Part shown: piece by piece, positions 40,866-64,000 of the stretch
Position numbering within the stretch: position 1 is the first letter of the stretch
Layout of the letters: each line of letters begins with the position of its first letter
Assembly (NCBI RefSeq): GCF_004010195.1
Contig: NC_057729.1
Location: 58,971,335-59,035,334 of the forward strand
Length of the DNA stretch: 64,000 nucleotides
From: Chiloscyllium plagiosum
Lineage: Eukaryota
Reading direction: 5' to 3'
The notes under the pieces: model-generated
What the model was told of the DNA's origin: nothing
What the model saw: only the letters and a program-made list of their open reading frames with translations
Database searches by the model: none
Made by a program: the position numbers and the translations under genes

Positions 40866-41500
40866 AGGAGAAAGTGAGGACTGCAGATGCTGGAGAGTCA
40901 GTCAAAAAGGGTGGCGCTGGAAAAGCTCAGCAGGTCAGGCAGCATCCGAGGAGCAGAGTGGTGCTGGAAAAGCATAGTGGGTCAGGCAGCATCCGAGGCC
41001 TGACCTGCTGTGCTTTTCCAGCACCATTCTAATCTTGACTCTAATCTCCAGCCTCTGCAGTACCCACTTCTGCCCAGCATCCAAGGAGCAGGAGAGTCAA
41101 TGTTTCAAGCATAAGCCCTTCATCAGGAATGTAGAAGGGGAAGGGGGGATGAGAGAGAAATGTGGGTGTGGGGCTGGAGGAAGGTAGGTGGGAATGCGAT
41201 ATGTGGGTGTAATTGTGATAGGTGGGGACATTGGAGCCTATAGGTAGGACAAGTCAGGAGGGCGGTGCTGAGCGGAGGGCGGATTGGATCTGGGGGCAGG
41301 GGAGATTTGGAAACTAGTGAAGTCCACGTTGATTGCATGTGGATGAAGGGTCCCAAGGTGGAAGAGGTGGTGTTCATCCTTCAGTTGGTGGGTGGCTGGA
41401 ATTTGGCGGTGGAGGAGGCTCAGGATTTGCATGGCCTTGGGAGAGTGGGAGAGGGAGTTGAAGTGGTTGGCTTGATTGCAAAATTGAATGTTGTGCTGTA
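40866..41500 (-). mobile_element. Penelope-like element 3' end with GIY-YIG C-terminus and nested terminal repeats
   Basis: Peptide HFNSLSHS...QLKDEHHLFHLGTLHPHAINVDFTSF resembles the PLE endonuclease C-terminus, followed by CTGATGAAGGGCTTATGCTTGAAAC. Confidence 0.8.
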
Positions 41501-41507
41501 AGGACAC

Positions 41508-42420
41508 CAAGGTGAGGGCCCATGGTGTTCGAGGTGAGCTACTGGTATGGATTGAGGATTGGCTGTCTGACAGAAGGCAGAGAGTTGGGATAAAAGGTTC
41601 TTTTTCGGAATGGCAGCCAGTGACAAGCGGTGTCCCGCAGGGTTCAGTGTTGGGGCCGCAGCTGTTCACATTATATATTAATGATCTGGATGAAGGGACT
41701 GGGGGCATTCTAGCGAAGTTTGCCGATGATACAAAGTTAGGTGGACAGGCAGGTAGTACTGAGGAAGTGGGGAGGCTGCAGAAGGATCTGGACAGTTTGG
41801 AGGAGTGTTCCAGGAAATGGCTGATGGAATTCAATGTGAGCAAATGCGAGGTCTTGCACTTTGGAAAAAAGAATAGAAGCATGGAAAACTTTCTAAACGG
41901 TGAGAAAATTCATAAAGCCAAAGTACAGAGGGATCTGGGAGTGCTAGTTGAGGATTCTCTAAAGGTAAACATGCAGGTTGAGTCCGTGATTAAGAAAGCG
42001 AATGCAATGTTGTCAATTATCTCAAGAGGGTTGGAATATAAAAGCACCGTTGTGCTACTGAGACTTTATAAAGCTCTGGTTAGGCCCCATTTGGAATACT
42101 GTGTCCNNNNNNNNNNNNNNNNNNNNNNNNNNNNNNNNNNNNNNNNNNNNNNNNNNNNNNNNNNAGAAATGTGGAGACATTTCTTCAGCCAGAGAGTGGT
42201 GGGCCTGTGGAATTCATTGCCACAGAGTGCAGTGGAGGCTGGGACGCTAAATGTCTTCAAGGCAGAAATTGATAAATTCTTGATGTCACAAGGAATTAAG
42301 GGCTATGGGGAGAATGCGGGTAAGTGGAGTTGAAATGCTCATCAGCCATGATTGAATGGCGGAGTGGACTCGATGGGCCGAATGGCCTTACTTCCGCTCC
42401 TATGTCTTATGGTCTTATGG
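41508..42420 (+). mobile_element. Young 5'-truncated CR1 LINE (N gap 42107-42164)
   Basis: Open RT frame VTSGVPQGSVLGP...KFADDTKLGG...RPHLEYCV; (TCTTATGG)n tail. Confidence 0.92.
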
Positions 42421-42793
42421 ACAAGAGAAGGAGCTAGGTATTATTCTGGTCTCCTGAATGAGTATTGACCCCAGGCGGTTACAGAATAAACAATTGGAAC
42501 ATTAATCATTTTGTAGGCTTGAGAATTCTTGTAAGTTTGAGGCTGCAGGTGCAGACTGTATATTAAGTGATTTTAATTTTCCAACATTTGCAGCAAGGTG
42601 GGGATAAAATGCAATCTATAGGTAAATTTCACATGACCATTCATTTTTTTTTCCTGATCATTCAGTGATTTGAATGAACCTGGTAAGAGAACCAACCGTA
42701 TTTATGATTGTTGTGGACTTTTCACCTGTATACCAATGGCCTTTTTAATAATGTTTTTTCTTCTCTTTAAGAACGTTCAGTCGTTTCTCCAAG

Positions 42794-59237
<16,444 letters not shown>

Positions 59238-59627
59238 TAAAGAGTGGGCTATCCCTAATCTCTCTGTTTGTTGTTATGATGTAATATCTTACAGGCCAAG
59301 TACTGAACTTGAGGCTGAAATTGATAGTTTTGTAGTGGTTGACACTGGAGAACTTCCTATCCTAATGTGTACAGGTCAGAAACTAAGATCCATGAAAGTG
59401 CATCTCATCAGTAAACCAGAGAGCAGGAGTTCAATTCCCAACCTGGTAGTTTCAGAAAGTTTAATACAGTTCGACAAAGCCCACAAATAAAGGGATGTTT
59501 ATCAGTGAAAGTGACCATGAAGGTAGCAGAGTACACCTGGTTCACTGATACCTTACAGTGAAGGAAAACTACCCATCCTTCGGCGGGTTAGGTTTGTATG
59601 GGACTCCAGTCCTGTACCAATTATGTA

Positions 59628-59846
59628 CAGTTGGTTCCGCTATAATGCGGGAGTTCCGTTTTCATGCAATCCCGTGTTATAAGAAAATCATGAAATAGCA
59701 GCACTATTTAAACTAATAGGACCAGAACCGCATTATAAGCAATACAGGCTTTAAAGGTTTACACTTTAGAAACAGTGTCCCCGATTTGTCAATTGTGTTA
59801 TAGCGAATTGGCATTAATGAAATGGACCTTATAGCAAAACAACCTG
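59628..59846. mobile_element. Tc1/mariner (Tigger/pogo-like) MITE
   Basis: Imperfect TIRs CAGTTGGTTCCGCTATAA / TTATAGCAAAACAACCTG (14/18) with TA on both sides (59626-27, 59847-48). Confidence 0.7.
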
Positions 59847-60399
59847 TACTTTGGCAGAATGGGTTGTTGGGCTGGAAATTCAAGGAAAACCTGAAGGCAG
59901 TAGGAAACCACAATTGCATTGGAAATCTCTGTTTGAAATTCTGTCCACAATAGTTTCTTTTACCCCCTAGTTTCAGTCCCACCTCCCTGTACATGCACTG
60001 ATCAGTGATTAATCTCTCTGTCCTGGATCAGTTGGCGAATAGGCTGACACTGGTCATTAGCTTACCTCTGAAGTGACCTCACAAAACACTCTCAGTCTAT
60101 AGGTCCCACCTCAGGAAGTATACACAGACAATTAATATTAACATAATTTTGTTCAAGGGTGTGGGCATTTATATTTAAAAAGATAATTCAGTCACTCTGG
60201 TTTGAGTGAGGCTGATATAAAAGGTCAGGATTTTTTTGTGTGCAGTGTTTGATTTGGAAAGTGTTGCTTTCCATCCTTTAACAGAATGAAGTGAGGGTCA
60301 GGAATGTTGTGGGTTTTGGTCAGTTGGTCTAACAGCATCTGGAAAGAAAGATGGCTCATGTATTGTGTGGACATCCCTACTGAGGGAATCAATCTCTTT

Positions 60400-63300
60400 C
60401 AGTATTCTACAATTATGATGGTGTTGCTATCACAGAGACATGGCTGAAAGAGGGACAGGGTTGGCGGCTTAGTGTTCTGGGATATTGATGTTTTAGAAGA
60501 AACAGAAGAGGAAGCAGAAGTAGTGAGGGAGTTACATTACTAGTTAGGGAGCAAATCACAGCTGTGTAGAGGGAGGACACCCTGGAGGGATCTTGGATCA
60601 AGGCATTATGGATAGAGCTCAGGAATAGGAAGGGTGCAGTCACAATGCTGGGATTGTACTACAGAGCCCCGAGCTGCCAGTGGGTGATAGAGGAAGAGAT
60701 ATGTAGACAGATTCTGAAAAGATGTGAAAATAACAGGGTTGTTGAGGTGGGTGATTTTAACTTCCACTGTGTTGACTGGGGTTCACTTAATGCTTAGGGT
60801 TTGAACGGGGACCAATTTGGTGAGTCCTTGAAGGTTGTTTGAAACAGTACGTGGATAGTTGAATGAGTGGGCCACACCGGATTTGGAGTTGGGAAATGAG
60901 CCTGGCTAGGTAATCACAGTTCCAGTGAGAATGTGGATTGGGAGCAGCTGTTTGAGGGTCAATACATACCTGGCATGTGGGAGTCTTATAAGGACCAGTT
61001 GGTTAGAGTGCAGGATGGGTACTGTGAAAATGAAGGACAAGAATGGCAGGAATTGGGCACCTTGGATGAGTGGGCAAATTATCAGCTTAATTTAAAAAAA
61101 AAAGGAAGTGTACTCCAAAGGGCTAGGCAACAAAAAAATAGACAAAGCCATTGAAGAATAGAGAGAAAGTAGGAAGGAGCTCAAAAGGAGAATCAGGAGG
61201 GCTAAAAGGGGCGATGAAATGTCTTTGGCCAGCATGGTTAAGGAGAATCACAAGGTATTTTATACATACATTAGGACCAAGAGGGTAGTTAGGGAAAGAG
61301 CAGGCCCACTTTAGGATAAAGGAAGGAGGTTATGTGTGGAGCCAGAGGAAATGGGTGAGATCCTTAAAGAGTACTTTACATCGGTATTCACCTAAGAGAG
61401 GGAAGTTGACGTTAGGGAAAGGTGTATGAATACTCTTGGGCAGGTCAACATAATGAAGGAAGAAGTGCTGGGTGTCTTGAAATGCATTAAGGTAAACAAG
61501 GATCTCTCCCAGGATACTGTGGGAGGTAAAAGTTGAAACAGCTGGGACTTAACCAATATATTTACATCCTCTTTGGCCTCAGGCGAGGTTCCAGAGGACT
61601 GGAGAATGGCCAATGTCCTTCCTTTGTTTAATGAATGGGCTTGAATGGGTTTGTGCGGGGTAAGTCGTGTCTCACCACTGAGTTTTTTGAGGAGATGACA
61701 AAAATGATTGCAGGAGAGGCAATGGATATTGTCTACACAGACTTTAGTAAGGCATTTGCTAAGGTACCTCATGGCAGGTTGCTACAGAAGGTAGATTCTT
61801 CTAGGATCCGGGGTCAGCTGACTAGATGGATACAGAACTGGCTCGGTCATAGAAGACCAAGTTGCGATGGAAAAGTGCTTCCCAGAATTTAGTAACTAGT
61901 GGTGTCCCGCAGGGATCAGTGCTGGGACCTCTGTTGTTTGTAATATGTTTAAACGATCTGGAATAAAATATAGGTGGTCTGATTAGTCAGTTTGTGGATG
62001 ACCCCAAAATTGGCAGAGTTGCAGATATTGAGCAGGATTATCAAAGGATACGGTGGGATATACATAAATTACAGATTCTGGCAGCGAAATGGCAGATGGA
62101 GTTTAATACTGACAAATGTGAGGTGATGAGTTTTAGAAGATCACATTTAAATGTTAATATTACAATAAATGGCAGAACCCTGAGGAGCATTGACAAATAG
62201 GGGATCTGGGCATATGGGTCCACAGATCCCTGAAAGTGGTAACACAGATGGATAAGAACATTACAGCACAGTACAGGCCCTTTGGCCCTTGATGTAGCGC
62301 CAACCTGTGGAACCAACCTGAAGCTCATCGAACCTACGCTATTCCATTTTCATCCATATGCCTATCCAATGACCATTTAAATGCCCTTAAAGTTGGCGAC
62401 TCTACTACTGTTGTAGGCAGTGCATTCCTTGCCCCTACTGCTGACGTCTCTCTATATCTATCACCCCTCAATTTAAAGCTATGCCCCTTCATGCTAGTCA
62501 TCACCATCCGAAGAAAAAGACACACACTGTCCACTTTACCTAACCCTCTGATTATCTTTATATGTCTCAATTAAGTCACCTCTCAACCACCTCCTCTCTA
62601 ATGAAAACAGCCTCATGTCCCTCAGCCTTTCTTCATAAGACCTTCCCTCCATACCATGGAATATCCTAGTGAATCTCCTCTGAATCCTTTCCAAAACTTC
62701 CACATCTTTCCTATAATGCGGTGACCAGAACCGTACGCAATACTCCAAGTGCAGCCCCACCAGAGTTTTGTAAGCTGCAGCATGACCTCATGGCTCCGAA
62801 ACTCAATCCCTCTACCAATAAAAGCTAACACACTGTATGCCTTCTTGACAACCCTATTAACTTGGGTGGAACGTGCAGGGATCTATGTACATGGACACAT
62901 AGATCTCTCTGCTCATCTACACTGCCAAGAATCTGAACATTAGCCCAGTAGTCGTTACTCTTGTTACTCCTTCCAAAGTGAATCACCTCATCCTTTTCCA
63001 CTTAAACTCTATTTGCCACCTCTCAGCCCAGCTCTGCAGCTTATCTATGTCTCTCTCTAATCTACAACATCCTTCGTCACTATCCACAACTCCACTGACC
63101 TTAGTGTCATCTGCAAATTTACTAACCCATCTTGCTACGCCCTCATCCAGGTCATTTATAAAAATGACAAACAGCAGTGGACCCAAAACAGATCCTTATG
63201 GTACTCCATTAATAACTAAACTCCAGGATGAACATTTTCCATCAACCACCACCCTCTATCTTCTTTCAGTTAGCCAAGTTCTGATCCAAACTGCTAAATC

Positions 63301-63885
63301 ACCCTCAATCCATGTCTCCGTATTTTGTGCAATAGCCTACTGTGAGAAGCCTTCTCAAACGCCTTACTGAAATATACACCACATCAACCACTTTACCCTC
63401 ATCCACCTATTTGGTCACCTTCTCAAAGAACTCAATAAGGTTTGTGAAGCATGACTAACCCTTCTCAAAACCATGTTGACTATCTCTAATCAACTTATTC
63501 CTTTATAGAGGGTAAGGTGGTCAAGAAGGCATACAGCAACCTTGCTTTCATTGGCCGGGGCATCAAATATAAAAATTGGCAAGTTATGTTGCAGCTGTAC
63601 AAAATTTTAGTGAGGCTATTTTTGGAAAATTGTGTGCGGTTCCGGTTGCCACACTGCCAGCTGACATGAAGGTTTTGGAGAGGGTGCAAGGAATGTTTAC
63701 CAGGATGCTGCCTGGTTACTGAGGAGAAATTGGATACTCTCTCATTGGAAAGACAGAGGCTGAAGGGTGACCTGACAGATCCACAAAATTGAGAGGCAGA
63801 GAGAGGCTGGAAAGTCAGAGGCTTTCTCCCACGTTGGGGAGGTCAACTACAAGATGGCACAGGTTCAAGCTGAGGGGGGGACAGT
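60400..63885 (+). mobile_element. Long decayed CR1 LINE (endonuclease + RT) interrupted by a minus-strand CR1 at ~62256-63495
   Basis: AITETWL, VGDFNF, GFVRGKSCLT, DFSKAF and PQGSVLGP on the + strand; nested opposite-strand copy with FADDTKV and a tail at ~62256. Confidence 0.85.
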
Positions 63886-64000
63886 TTTGAACAAGTCAGT
63901 CTTTTGTGGTGTTAATAACTGTGAGGAGAAAAGAAGGGCCAGCATCAGGTGAAGTGGAACCAGAAGTCGTTTTCAGAGTGGATCAGATCAATTTTAGTCT

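Noticed and set aside
41488-42333. 281-aa ORF (longest in the window)
   Set aside because: It is the RT of a 5'-truncated CR1 LINE bridged by Ns, not a host gene.

Overview
Vertebrate genomic DNA, almost certainly from a shark (inferred from HE1/V-SINE copies, HER1/CR1 LINEs and elasmobranch-type Penelope repeats). The only protein-coding gene I can support is the 5' part of a copine on the + strand, best matching CPNE1. Its ATG is at 42794, and nine canonical coding exons run to 59183, encoding C2A, C2B and the start of the vWA region; the gene continues past the window. The main discovery is an extra, homologous C2B 'loop-3' exon (56985-57080) only 49 nt upstream of the canonical one (57130-57228). 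The geometry predicts mutually exclusive splicing that swaps part of the Ca2+/membrane-binding surface. The first ~4.3 kb is repeat-free and looks like a 3'UTR, plausibly that of RBM12, which is nested in a CPNE1 intron in other vertebrates. A candidate internal promoter/first exon lies at ~34.5-34.8 kb. The rest is dense in decayed retroelements, including several Penelope-like families that carry minimal hammerhead-ribozyme motifs and have 12-15 bp target-site duplications. Repeat boundaries are approximate; exon boundaries were read base by base.
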